A stretch of DNA of 64,000 nt, from the NCBI GenBank assembly GCA_002269645.1, contig NIVC01000151.1:620001-684000 (forward strand), read 5' to 3'. This DNA is from Macrostomum lignano (Eukaryota). The position numbers and the translations under genes were made by a program. Below the pieces are notes generated by a model that saw only the letters and a list, made by a program, of their open reading frames with translations, had not been told where the DNA came from and did not search any database. Below are positions 35,501 through 48,534 of the stretch, piece after piece. How positions within the stretch are numbered: the first letter of the stretch is position 1; the number at the start of each line of letters is the position of its first letter.

Positions 35501-37449
35501 CCTCTTAGAAAGAAATAAAATTCTCCGAGGATCCAAGTGAAGCACTATACCTCGGAAGTGCTGCTGTAACGGTTTATGTGTTAGAGTTTCGTCTTCTGAC
35601 TTGGTGTGAAGTTAGTGAATTGGATCAGTAGTGCAGGGCATCAACATTCGGCGGTGCTGTAGGGACACTGCAGGCAGTGAGCTTCTTCAAAGCGTATATT
35701 CGATAAGATAGGACTTGTTAGGACAGTGTGCGTGTGCGTTCGTGTGCATGTCGACCGCGCTGTGGTGTTCACCGCGCTGTGGTGTTCACCGCGCTGTGGT
35801 GTTCACCGCGCTGTGGTGTTCACCGCGCTGTGGTGTTCACCGCGCTGTGGTGTTCACCGCGCTGTGGTGTTCACCGTATTGCAACCGGCCCAACAATTGC
35901 CGCATGCATATTAATCTAAGCGCGTTTGTCTGCGTACAATGTCCGCACGATTTAATGTGCGCTGGAGTCAGCAAATGGGCGGAATTGCCTCACCTCTGGT
36001 GGTGGGACAGAGTCGCCAAAGGCGTTGCGCTAGGGGCCATGCAGTATTTTTAGTTTTATTTTTAGTTTTAATTTTTAATTTTTAGTTTTATTATTATTAA
36101 AATTATTACCACTAATATTTTATTTCATAGTGAAAAAGCATACCATTTTCATGCAGGGCCACTCGAAACCCGGGAGTGTTGTCGACCAACTCCGCATTTG
36201 TCAAGAATGAGAAAGCGTAGTTGTAGAGCACCAGGTACAGCCCGTTGCCTTCACCAGATTGCGCGATGGTCCGGTTGGTGGGATTGAAGGACATGCACAT
36301 GAACCTGCCGGGTTTGTGATGGTCGGGTTGGTGGGATTGAATGACATGCACATGAACCTGTCGGGTTTTTGAAATAAAACGGAGCAAGATTCCAAATCAG
36401 CATAATTGCATTTAAATTTGAGTGCACAGCAGCTGCCCCTGCTGCGGCATGTCCGCAACTCCGCCTGGGTCTAAGAGTTGTTACTCACTTTCCGACACAC
36501 TTTGGGTCTGGCTGCTAAGGTTGAAATGCTTGATCATTGAGTACAATTAAGTTATTGAATGAAAGCATGGACTGTCACCTGTCTTCGTCCTTGTAAACAG
36601 TAAAGTTCTCAAATGAGCAGGGCTCCGAGTTGTACCGACAGTAGATGATGGTCTCATGCGGAAGCTGGAAGTTCACTCCCCGGTAAGCTATGGACCGCAG
36701 TCCCAGCTTGCCATCGAAGTAGGCATCGAAACTCTCCTCAGGCATGGAGACGTTCCAGTTGTCCAGCTTCAGCTGGTAGAACAGCAGCGGGATGTCGAAG
36801 ATCATGTTGTTCAGGTTCCTCCGGAGGCCTGCATCGCAAATTCAGCGATATTGCACATCAGTTGGATGCGAAATCACCCGAGATCAGCTTGCAGTAAACG
36901 GATTGATTGCTGCATCATTCTACAGAAAATTTTACTTTGAACCGTAACTTTATTTTTTGCTTTAGGACTTACGTCACAGAGAAAATCCCAAAGCTCCTGT
37001 TTAGTTTCTAACCAAGGCATATCGGTATGCTTCACGAATGTCTCAATTCAGAGACATCTGGGTTTCGGAATACTCGAGAGCTCACCTGGGATGGCATAGC
37101 TGCTCGGAACCGAAGGACCCTTAAAAATGATGAAGTAGGTCGGGCAGATGGTCACGGTCGGAAACTTGAAGTCCGCCCCCTCGCTTGAGAACTCCGTGCT
37201 CACCGGGTAGCTCAGGTACCGCTCGATGAGCTGATGGAAGTGCAGGGAGAACCCGGCAGCAGCGCCCAGAATCACCAATCCCCATACGAATCGACTCAGT
37301 CGAGAGCCCCGCGTCAGGTGCATAAATCCGTGAGCTGAGGTGCTCTCCGCAAAGGAGACAATTGCCTCGTGGTGAATCATTCCTAGCTGGGAGCTCGGCA
37401 GTTCTGGCTGCCCCTGCCGTCTGGATTCCATGTCGATGCTTTCTGCCAT
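32594..37449 (-). CDS. DEG/ENaC/ASIC-family sodium channel, paralog B; complement(join(32594..33852,33940..34444,34703..35022,36144..36304,36579..36828,37086..37449)), 952 aa if the tail repeat is coding
   Basis: TSAHG pre-TM1 motif, TM1, FPTVTICP, GFRVALH, Cys-rich thumb, SDLGGILGLWVGVS (GxS filter). All introns GT-AG and phase-consistent; internal exon sizes 250/161/320/505 equal paralog A. Confidence 0.92.
32620..33570 (-). repeat. 39-bp tandem repeat in the last exon of ENaC paralog B (13-aa unit CPPVPPTDGTGNV)
   Basis: About 24 copies, open in the channel frame through to the stop at 32594. Confidence 0.9.
35755..35876. repeat. 17-bp minisatellite in an ENaC B intron
   Basis: Unit GCGCTGTGGTGTTCACC, about 7 copies. 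Confidence 0.9.
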
Positions 37450-38941
37450 TTGGATGCGAGATGGATTGAAATGTCTGACTGGGAGCCGCGGTCTCGAAGC
37501 TAATGGCGCAGTTCTGATATAAAGCCCACACATTCAATTAAAATGAGTCCAACAATCCCACTCCCCAGATAAGAGTCAAATGAGATTTCTGCCTATTTAT
37601 AATAAGCAAATAGGAATAGGAAATTACTGCAGGGGATGCAGATGTTGCTGGCAAATAGCCATGATGAGCGCGGCATATCAATAGTGATGTCAGCCTCACT
37701 TTGAGTTTTACAGTATCATATACGGGTAGTTAAGCAGGCAGAAAAAAAGCATTAAAATTTGCTAATTAAAACAGAGCAGATCTCCAATATTGTGCCCTGT
37801 ACAGACTTTACGCCTATAATATTTCAATAAACTTCAATAAAATGCAGCTACGAAGTGTGTGAAAACGCTGTGAGCTCCGAGAAGAATGAAGTAGAAATAG
37901 CTAAACAGACACTGCGAAATTCATCACATCCGTGTACTCCATTGCAACATTGCCACCCGAGAAGAATCTACAAAGCATCCCTCCTTTGGCTGTCGGGTGA
38001 CCACGAGCGAATGAAGCTTTTGCTACAGCAGAATCTTGCACAACAAAATGATTTGGAAAATAAAAAAACTTTTGGGTCTTCGTAAAAAAAGCTTTAGAAA
38101 CGCCTCTGTAGTTATTGGAGAATCAGCTCACTATAGGTGGATACACTCCCATACAGCAAGTAATCCTCACGACTGCTTGCTTGTTCCCCGAGTTAGATAC
38201 ATGTATAGGGAGCACGAGAATTGCCCGCAGAAGATTTGCCCGTCGAGATTTGCCAACCGAGATTTGACCGAGACAAAGCGACTCGTCATATGCATGAATT
38301 AATGGCTAACCGATATACCCCTGCATGTATTTAGAAAAGAAAACCTACGGCTCGGCTCGTACAAGAAAAATATGCATTTGATATGCAGTTACTATCGAAA
38401 TGTTTTGATCGGGTAAATCTCTTTATTAAGACTGACTTAGCATTGGGGGCATTGCAGACAGAATCTGCCGCGAGGCTAAATTGTATGTGGCGAATTGCCA
38501 ATTTTAGTTAATCAATTTTAGTCTATTTTGATTGATGGAGCCCCTTGTTTACATCCCAGAGTAGTTGACGCACTCAATGCAGCTATTTTTATCTGTTATT
38601 CTTGACTACATTTTAAGTGCACGGGCTTTCCAAACTTGCTGGCCAGTTATTGTTCCCGTGGAAGCAAAAGCCGCCCAAAACTGAGCGGCCTCCCCAAACC
38701 CGCATGCTCAGGCTTTGCCTCGGCCAGGCTCTGTTTGGGAGGATGCTGCTAATGGCGCTTCTGGGATCTTTTAAAAACACAAAATCAATTTATTTACAAG
38801 TTTCAAGTACTCGATTTTGCCAATTAAAGCGCTTTGCGTCTCTGCAACCTTTAGTTGCCGGTATTTGGCGCCGCAGTAGGTTAGCAGCAAGGGGCCTGAT
38901 TTTGCCAAAGGTAAAAACGCTTCTACAAATTTCTGTTACAT

Positions 38942-41900
38942 TTATATAGAGAAGATTCGCTGGAACCAGGACGGATTGTACTGCTCGGAGAAGCCCCGAC
39001 CGCCATCGGAGCCGTCCGGCGGGACCCCCTGAGGCTTCGGCGGCAGCGAGATGTGCAGCTGCAGCTCCGACTGCCCGTCAGGACTCTCTGCCTTCGCTTC
39101 GCCCGACGCGTAGATATCGCGGAGCGAGTTTTCTAGGAAATCCGATTGAGCGGCTGGGCGCGGCTGAACTTGCGCGCTGGCGCTGTGCAACCGGAGTGCC
39201 GATAAGTAGCCCAGCTGCACGACGAGCTCCAGCAGCTCCATCAAGGTGATCACCGATACGCCAACCCAGAGGCCTGGCGAAACAAACCGAAGCAAGCAAT
39301 TCTTGTGTCTTCATGATTCTCTTGTTAGAGACGTAATTTTAATTTTTCACTGAAACCTGGAACCTGGACTGAAAGACTGGAAATGTATAAGGACGCGTCG
39401 TAAAACTCATACACACGCACTCATGCACACTCACTCATGCACACTCACTCATGCACACTCACTCATGCACACGGACTCATGCACACGGACTCATGCACAC
39501 TCACTCATGCACACTCACTCATGCACACTCACTCATGCACACGGACTCATGCACACGGACTCATGCACACGGACTCATGCACACGAACTCATGCACACGG
39601 ACTCATGCACACGGACTCATGCACACGGACTCATGCACACGGACTCATGCACACTCACTCATGCACACTCACTCATGCACACTCACTCATGCACACTCAC
39701 TCATGCACACTCACTCATGCACACTCACTCATGCACACTCACTCATGCACACTCACTCATGCACACTCACTCATGCACACTCACTCATGCACACGGACTC
39801 ATGCACACGGACTCATACACACTCACTCATGCACACGGACTCATGCACACGGACTCATGCACACGGACTCATGCACACGGACTCATGCACACTCACTCAT
39901 GCACACTCACTCATGCACACTCACTCATGCACACTCACTCATGCACACTCACTCATGCACACTCACTCATGCACACTCACTCATGCACACTCACTCATGC
40001 ACACTCACTCATGCACACGGACTCATGCACACGGACTCATGCACACTCACTCATGCACACGGACTCATGCACACGGACTCATGCACACGGACTCATGCAC
40101 ACGGACTCATGCACACGGACTCATGCACACGGACTCATGCACACGGACTCATGCACACGGACTCATGCACACGGACTCATGCACACGGACTCATGCACAC
40201 TCACTCATGCACACTCACTCATGCACACGGACTCATGCACACTCACTCATGCACACTCACTCATGCACACGGACTCATGCACACGGACTCATGCACACGG
40301 ACTCATGCACACGGACTCATGCACACGGTCGACGCTCGGAAGCACCCGGAAGTGGAACTCTCACCCAAAATGCCACCCAAGTCGGAGAACAAGTTGCGCA
40401 GCGGGTAGGCCCAGGACTCCGTGGACACGGTGGCGCTTGTGGACTGAGGGTACAGATCCAGCACGCTGATGAACTTTTCTGAGATCATTCTGGAAGAGTA
40501 CCTGTACAGCACCCTGAGTCGGTAATCGGACAGATTTGTGCCAGCGATTGAAGCTCGGATGTCCTGCGCGTAGCCCCGCAGTGCTGACGCGGCCTTGGAG
40601 GACTCGCGCGGCCAAGCCGCTAGGCTGGTGGCCACCCCATAGCGCGTGTTGCTGCACCGGACCGGACACCTCGTGGTCGCTACGCCTTGCGTCTCTTGGC
40701 GGTATCGAACCCTACGGTAACAAGCAATCATATTGGCGGTGGCATTGTACACCTGCCAGTTGGACAGCAGGTAGCTGGCCAGGCTGATCCAGTCCCATGT
40801 GCTGTTGGTTATCTTGTACTCCCTTAGCTTGTACTCGTTCGTCTTGTAGAAAATGTCGAAGAAAAACAGCTGAAGCGGGGAAATTGTTTAGGATTGATCG
40901 AGATTGCACAGATGATGTATGCAGGTTCATGGACAGGTGAAGCAGAAGTGATCGAGATTGCACAGATGATGTATGAGGTTCATGGACAGGTGAAGCAGAA
41001 GTGATCGAGATTGCACAGATGATGTATGCAGGTTCATGGACAGGTGAAGCAGAAGTGATCGAGATTGCACAGATGATGTATGCAGGTTCATGGACAGGTG
41101 AAGCAGAAGTGATCGAGATTGCACAGATGATGTATGCAGGTTCATGGACAGGTGAAGCAGAAGTGATCGAGATTGCACAGATGATGTATGCAGGTTCATG
41201 GACAGGTGAAGCAGAAGTGATCGAGATTGCACAGATGATGTATGCAGGTTCATGGACAGGTGAAGCAGAAGTGATTGAGATTGCACAGATGATGTATGCA
41301 GGTTCATGGACAGGTGAAGCAGAAGTGATCGAGATTGCACAGATGATGTATGCAGGTTCATGGACAGGTGAAGCAGAAGTGATCGAGATTGCACAGATGA
41401 TGTATGAGGTTCATGGACAGGTGAAGCAGAAGTGATCGAGATTGCACAGATGATGTATGCAGGTTCATGGACAGGTGAAGCAGAAGTGATCGAGATTGCA
41501 CAGATGATGTATGCAGGTTCATGGACAGGTGAAGCAGAAGCGATCGAGATTGCACAGATGATGTATGAGGTTCATGGACAGGTGAAGCAGAAGTGATCGA
41601 GATTGCACAGATGATGTATGCAGGTTCATGGACAGGTGAAGCAGAAGTGATCGAGATTGCACAGATGATGTATGCAGGTTCATGGACAGGTGAAGCAGAA
41701 GTGATCGAGATTGCACAGATGATGTATGCAGGTTCATGGACAGGTGAAGCAGAAGTGATCGAGATTGCACAGATGATGTATGAGGTTCATGGACAGGTGA
41801 AGCAGAAGTGATCGAGATTGCACAGATGATGTATGCAGGTTCATGGACAGGTGAAGCAGAAGTGATCGAGATTGCACAGATGATGTATGCAGGTTCATGG

Positions 41901-44872
41901 ACAGGTGAAGCAGAAGTGATCGAGATTGCACAGATGATGTATGCAGGTTCATGGACAGGTGAAGCAGAAGTGATCGAGATTGCACAGATGATGTATGAGG
42001 TTCATGGACAGGTGAAGCAGAAGTGATCGAGATTGCACAGATGATGTATGCAGGTTCATGGACAGGTGAAGCAGAAGTGATCGAGATTGCACAGATGATG
42101 TATGCAGGTTCATGGACAGGTGAAGCAGAAGCGATCGAGATTGCACAGATGATGTATGAGGTTCATGGACAGGTGAAGCAGAAGTGATCGAGATTGCACA
42201 GATGATGTATGCAGGTTCATGGACAGGTGAAGCAGAAGTGATCGAGATTGCACAGATGATGTATGCAGGTTCATGGACAGGTGAAGCAGAAGTGATCGAG
42301 ATTGCACAGATGATGTATGAGGTTCATGGACAGGTGAAGCAGAAGTGATCGAGATTGCACAGATGATGTATGCAGGTTCATGGACAGGTGAAGCAGAAGG
42401 ATGTTACGATCGCAAATCTCGCACATTTCACTGGAGGTCGGTTTTCACTGCAGAATGCATTGGCGAGACGGGAAGTTTTCAGTTATTCAGAGCTGAATTC
42501 AAAATTGCTCAAATTCTGCTCATCCAGATCCCAAGTGAAACAAGTTTGTGTTCCGCTCGAAGTTTCTAGACTGCAAAAAGCAAATCCTGACGACATTCTC
42601 TTAGAAAACACTGCTTTCTAAGAGCGTTATTGCTTTCTAATGATCTTTTTTTCCAACTTATTCTCAACAAACTTGTGATTAAACCTCGAACGAAACATAC
42701 ACTTGCTACACTTGCATACACTCCAGAAGGTGCAAATAGTGCAAAAAACACTGACAATTTTCTATCTCAGCAATGCATTGTGCAGCAAAAACCGGTCTCG
42801 AGCGAAATTTGCATGATTTGCGAGTGCAGCGCCCGTTGTACTTTAGTTGCTCATGGCGAGTAGCTCGAACGAGCACTTGACACAAATCTTTTCAAAAGTA
42901 CAGTCATCCAACTTTTCTATCGGTCGCACTTCTTCGGGTAGCGAGTGGCACACGCCAGTGTCGCTCATAAGGTCGCTGGGGAGCGCGAGGTGAGTCCCCA
43001 GACAGCTGCAGGTGGCCTTGAACTCCTCCTGCATGAGTCGCGTGATGCAGTCGCGAGTGCTGCCAAAAAAGCTCCGATTTTCAAAGCCGTCGGGCCACGA
43101 GAAGTCCACAGTGTAGGTGGCGTTCGGCAGGACATCGCTGCACGGCGCGGCTTCCCGATTCAGTTTTGTGTCGGTCCGAACCGTCACCTCAGCCGAGGTT
43201 TTGTAGCCGAATGGAACCGTGAATCCGGAGTTCAGATCGGGTTTGAAGCCTCCAAGGAAAAAAAAACAGGTTGCGATGTTTTATTGGGTTGCTCAATATT
43301 AAAATATCAGAAAGAATTGTACCATCAGAAGATGCGTTGCGGGATTTTAAATCGCTGTTCCGATGGTCAGTTTAGCTCGTAGAGGAATTCCAAATCCATG
43401 TGCAAAATTGAGAGCCACTAGTAAAATCGAACATTCCATTGCAGCATTTAGACTGACCTTTCTCGTGCAAAGTGACTCGGAAGCCGGGAACATTGTCAAT
43501 CTGCTCTTCCTCCGTTAGAAACGTTTTGCCGTAGTTAAACAGCACCAGGTAGAGGCCGTTGCCTTCGCCAGAGCGCACGAGCGTTCGGTTTGCTGGGTTG
43601 AAGGACATGCACAAGAATCTGAAAGTCCGATAAGCAATTGAATTCGAATTTTTTAAGTTCTTTTCAGCTTGGAACTACCTGGACCGTGGCGATCCCAGCC
43701 GACAGCTCTGGTGTGTATGCAAGCCTGATTAATTGACACAAACCAATCAATACTCTTACTTACGTAGTATTCCCTCCGTACCTACAGACTCATCATTTTC
43801 TTTACATCAGGTAAGCAAATGTTTGCATTTTTTTGCTCACTTCAGATTTCACTAACCTACTCTCGTCCTTGTAGATGGTAAAGTTTTTAAATGAGCACAG
43901 CTCCGAGTTGTAGCGGCAGTAAATGACGGTCTCATAGGGCTGCTGGAACAGCATCTGACGATAGGCCAGAGCTCTGAGGGCCAGCTTGCCATCCTGATAG
44001 GAGCTGTAGGCCTGGACAGGCATGGACACGTTCCAGTCCGCCTGCTGCAGCAGATGGTACATCCTCGGTATATCGAAGATCATGTCACTAAGGCCTCTGG
44101 GGTGCCCTGAAATGCAGCGTTGTTGCTCATGCTTGTAGTGTTTAAAGTGCATCGCACAGAATAAAAAGCTTTAGTTTGTTAGTTGGCTAAAAGGAAAAAT
44201 AAAAGCAAGATTTTTGTTCACAGTAAGATTTGATGGCGGTGTGAATGTGAGCGAGCCCTAATGGGTACCGGTGGGGAACCGCTAGTCGGCATGAATAGCA
44301 TGCATGCAGCAGCCTGACCGGCTGTTGAAAGCGCCTCCACTATGGAACAGTTGGAAGTTGCTCAACAACAGCAAGTAATAGTGATCGTCCATTCAATTTG
44401 GCCAAAATTCACGTGAAATTTACACTTCGCAGGACTCTTAAAAATATTCTTTGGAACGAAAGCTTTGTACATACGAGCTACATTGGTAAGCTCATCTGCA
44501 GTTCAACAGTCAGCGTAACTCACCACTAATTGTGAAATTGCTAACAATGTCAGGGCTGTAATATGTGATGAAGTTGGTCGGGCAGATGGTCACGGTCGGA
44601 AACTTGAAGTCGGCGCCCTCGTTGGAGAACTCGGTGCTCACCGGGTAGCTCAGGTACCGCTGAGCGAGCTCTGCAAGGTGCACGGAGAAGCCGATGCAGG
44701 CGCCCACAATGGCCAGGGCCCAGATGAGGCGGCGCAGACCGGAGCCCTGCGTCAGGCGCACCAGGCCGTGCGCGGTGGTCTGCTGGGCGAAGGCGATGAG
44801 GGCATTCTCGCGGAGCTGCTGCAAGAGGGAGTCGCTCAGCTCCGACTGCTTCTGCTGCTCGCTGGATGCCAT
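38942..44872 (-). CDS. DEG/ENaC/ASIC-family sodium channel, paralog A; complement(join(38942..39273,40365..40869,42930..43249,43458..43618,43857..44106,44524..44872)), 638 aa
   Basis: TTAHG, TM1, FPTVTICP, GFRVTLH, CPVRC, SDLGGILGLWVGVS; six exons joined by GT-AG introns in a continuous frame. Confidence 0.93.
39412..40328. repeat. 14-bp two-variant minisatellite in ENaC A intron 5
   Basis: TCATGCACACTCAC and TCATGCACACGGAC interspersed, about 65 copies. Confidence 0.95.
40895..42400. repeat. 54-bp minisatellite (with 53-bp variants) in ENaC A intron 4
   Basis: Unit GATCGAGATTGCACAGATGATGTATGCAGGTTCATGGACAGGTGAAGCAGAAGT, about 28 copies. Confidence 0.97.
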
Positions 44873-45421
44873 CTCGCTCGCTTCCTCACCTGGAACTCAC
44901 CTAGAAATTTGGCTGCATTTATGAAATGAAAAGCACACGGGTAGAAACAGATGCCATAATGACTTCTCGTTTCCAATTTTCTACCTGAAATCAGCAAGAA
45001 TTTAACTTTCCGTCTGCAGAAAGACTGCTTCTCACAGGCTTCACTGCAGCGGTACCGGCCCCTGCCGGGTCTCCCTCCACCAATCGCTGCTTCGGGCTCG
45101 CTTCTCATGCAGGAAGCCGCGTTATGGAAGCTGAAACTCCTTGCGCTGCCACCGCTTTGAATTATTAATTCTGTTAAGGAACCCTGCAGGCGTCTACTGC
45201 AACCCGGTCCTACTCTTCCACTCATGTGGGCTCGTGTTGGAATTCAATTTAGGCTTTTTTGCTCCTCACTGCTCCCGTTAGTGCGCTCATGCATCCATTT
45301 AGGCAATGGAGAAAAACTCGCGGCTGGGGAAGTTTACTAAGCAGCTTTTTCTAGCACAAGTGCGGCGGATCCGTCTGCATAGGCGATTTTAAATATACAA
45401 AAATGCTAGCCGGCATTTCTG

Positions 45422-45435
45422 GTTGTCATGACAGC
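45422..45435. promoter_or_regulatory. Candidate RFX X-box upstream of ENaC paralog A
   Basis: GTTGTCATGACAGC, near-palindromic X-box-like sequence ~550 bp upstream of ATG 44872. Confidence 0.4.
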
Positions 45436-46375
45436 GACTACTTCTTTGCGCAGTTTGCAGCATAGAGGCAACTCTGCAGCCTCTTCACTCAATAGAATAA
45501 TCAGCAATCAGTCGCATGGGGGGGGGGGGGGGTAAATTAAATTTCTGTGAATTCACAGCTGCTTACTGACCGGCGCGGCAATGAGTCCGCCTAATGAGAG
45601 ACAAAAACTCAGGAGAAAATTGTGACGCGCTCACGCAGAGATGCTGTGCAGCACAGTCCTGTGTGAGAATTACATTCCTCATTAATACAATGCCATGCCA
45701 ACCATAAAGAGTCGTCATGTCAATTGCAAAAGACACATCCGGGAAGTGCTAAGATGTCAAGGCTCATATGGGGGTTGCTCAGATGCTTTGATCCAAAGCT
45801 AAAAATCCGTAAGAGGTCTGGTATCTTAGGCTTAGACAGCTGCATGTAACTTGTTTAAACATTTTTATTCCTTTCTTTGTTGCCTCCCGAACGGAAGCGC
45901 AGATTGCTAGTGCATACCTGAACTGAAACTATCAGGTACATTGCTCGCACATGTAGGCGCCAATTATAATAATTAGGAAAATATTAAATATTAGAAAAAT
46001 GAAACTCAAAATTTTGTCTCACTATGTTAAAGATTGAAATAAAGGCCATAGTAGAATATATACGTCAGGTTTATTTAGCTTTTAGCGACGTAATTACGGT
46101 ACGGATGCTCATAGATAAGGTAAAGAAAGATGCCGCAATGATCCACCGTGGCACAGCCAAGCAAAATCTGGATTTGCTTTTGCAAAGCGATAAAGCGCCA
46201 ACGTAAGGTTAGTTGACAAGAAAGAAATGCCGCATGACAGTAAATGCTGTTTTCCAGTTGCTGCATAAAATGGTGCGAGCTTATTGCATTGTTCCAATCG
46301 CAAGCGACGAGCAAGTTAGCCATGAGTTTGCACTCAGTTCCTCCGATATTCTGAGGAGGAAGTCGCAGCTCACTG

Positions 46376-48534
46376 TCAGTTTCTACTGCAAGTTGTAGGC
46401 GTTGCCACTATCCGCCGAATGTAGCTCTGGAATTGAACCAAGTCAGCTGTTACAGTCATGCAATTCGATCTTCTTAGCCAATGCAGCTTACCAGCTTCTC
46501 CAGAAGGCAGCAGCTTGGACTGCGAATCGCCAGACAGGCGGTGCGACTTCCAGACGGTAGGCGGCGGCGGTGTCCCTTGCTGCCGTAGGTCACCGTCACC
46601 CCGCCGCATCAGGCTGGGCGGGAAGGGGCCGCACAGAATCCGGCTGCAGTTTGCCGGGCAGCCCCGGTCGAACGGGTTGACCCGGGTTTGATCGTCCTCG
46701 CGCAGGGACGAGACTACGAAGGTCTGCTTGGACTGCAAAATTGTTCAGTGAAGAGATGCGAAGGCGCATGAGTGACTCATTCACACCCCAACCATGAGCT
46801 GCGTCAATCAAGCTCATTATTAATGTACAAAGGAATCGAAATTTACCTGTCAGACTGTGAACACACAAAAATTCATTTTATTCGAGGCTACTGTCTAGTG
46901 GATTCAGGGAAATTTTTATGAGTTAGTCAGAGATTTGCAGTGAGATGAGTAAGATGAGCAGTGAGATGAATAAGATGGGCAGTGAGATGAGTAGGATGGG
47001 CACTGAGATGAGTAGGATGGGCACTGAGATGAGTAGGATGGGCACTGAGATGAATAAGATGAGCAGTGAGATGGTAAGATGGGCAGTTAGATGAGTAGGA
47101 TGGGCACTGAGATGAGTAGGATGGGCACTGAGATGAGTAGGATGGGCACTGAGATGAATAAGATGAGCAGTGAGATGGTAAGATGGGCAGTTAGATGAAT
47201 AAGATGAGCAGTGAGATGGTAAGATGAGCAGTGAGATGAGTGATGTTAGGCCCAGACCATCTCATCGCTGCTTCGTGGTTGAAAGCTTATTGATCATTCA
47301 AGACATTCTCGAACAGACAGAGACACCAGATTCAATCAAACTTCCACCTTCCTCCAGTCGTAATTGTCCGAAACCATTGGACTCACATCCTCACTAGTAG
47401 TGAGTTCGGTGCAGACCAGTCCGGCATGATAGACCAGCATGATGAGCATCGAGCCGGCAGTAGCGGCCGCCACAATTGCATTAATCAGAGTAAAGGAAGT
47501 GCATCGCAAGTTGAAGTCGACGATTTTCACATCGATTTTTGGCATCAGGATGCGTGGTTAAGGAAAATAAGCTGTCAGCTCAATGGGGTTACAGATACAA
47601 TGAAATTATACAAAACACAAAAAATGCCTTTAATTAGCTGCTAAACCCATACAATATGCGAAAGGATATCTTGTTGGTGCTTGGGCGATCCCGTTTACAA
47701 AGGCTTTCCAATCTCCACCGTGTGGAACTGAAATCATAGAGAAATTCGGCTTTTACGCTCGTAAAATGCCGTTTTCGTGCGAGTTGAACAGCTTTATAGA
47801 AAAATACTTAGAGACTTTCAATAACTAAGTTGCAGTTTAAGCCACTAAACTTACGGCCGAAAAGGTGATAAATTGAGAAGAAAAGGACAAACAGGCTGTA
47901 AACCTGCAAGCCGAGGATGAACATAAAAAACTGGCGATAGTTGCGAGCTCCGATGCAGTTGCCAACCCAGAAGCAGTGGTGATCAAAGCGGAGGACGCAG
48001 TTGTCGCACCGGGAGCAGTGACCCGCGCGAGGCGACCGCCACAGACGGCAGGTGGCACAGAACTTCTGATCGTAGCTGCGGCCGCAGATTGCTATCTTAC
48101 GCTTGTCGCTTCGCATCCATCTTTCGTCTGCAAAAGGCGGAATGGCTTTTTACTGCCGATATAGAGCAGCACACTAAATGTCGCAGTATTCTTATAATAC
48201 TCGTAGCTCTATGGCAGCTGTCGAAATGTCACAAACCAGGCATCAAAGATTCGAAATACTCAGCCTCGTCAGGCGGAGGTCTCGGCACAACGCCGGGGTC
48301 GGTAAGTGCAGTTGCAAGGAGGCAACTCACGACGAACGCTGCCAGAAGTGCACCAGCAACTGGGACGCACGGCGAGACGGCGGTGGCCAATGCAGGACAG
48401 TCTACAGCGAAGAATAAGCATGAACTGAGCAGTAGGCTAGTCAATGTGACCAAGAATGATCCACGGTTTTTATTCTTGACGCAGCATGTGTTGCACAGTA
48501 AGCGAAAGACTACTTTTTGCACTTCAGTGCTCAT
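46376..48534 (-). CDS. DHHC palmitoyltransferase of the ZDHHC9/14/18 (Erf2) group; complement(join(46376..46732,47387..47489,47670..47727,47855..48127,48237..48534)), ~362 aa
   Basis: [71 protein letters not shown] motifs. The model is phase-consistent only with an AT-AC intron at 47490-47669. Exact start codon and 3' end uncertain. Confidence 0.9.
46940..47245. repeat. ~20-21 bp minisatellite in a ZDHHC intron
   Basis: GAGATGAGTAGGATGGGCACT-type units, about 15 copies. Confidence 0.9.
47490..47669 (-). other. U12-type (minor spliceosome) AT-AC intron, 180 nt
   Basis: 5' site AAG|ATATCCTTT (47669-47661), exact U12 consensus; 3' end TTTAC|T; TTCCTTAAC branch-type motif at 47565-47557. There is no usable AG acceptor between the in-frame stop and the next exon. 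Confidence 0.8.

Noticed and set aside
15822-42400. CRISPR-like appearance of regularly spaced repeats (42-, 51-, 53-, 54-bp units)
   Set aside because: Units are head-to-tail with no unique spacers, no cas genes are present, and the context is a spliced eukaryotic genome.
39423-42569. His-rich and MIEIAQMMYAG-repeat ORFs
   Set aside because: They lie inside ENaC A introns 5 and 4, whose removal gives a paralog-matched frame.
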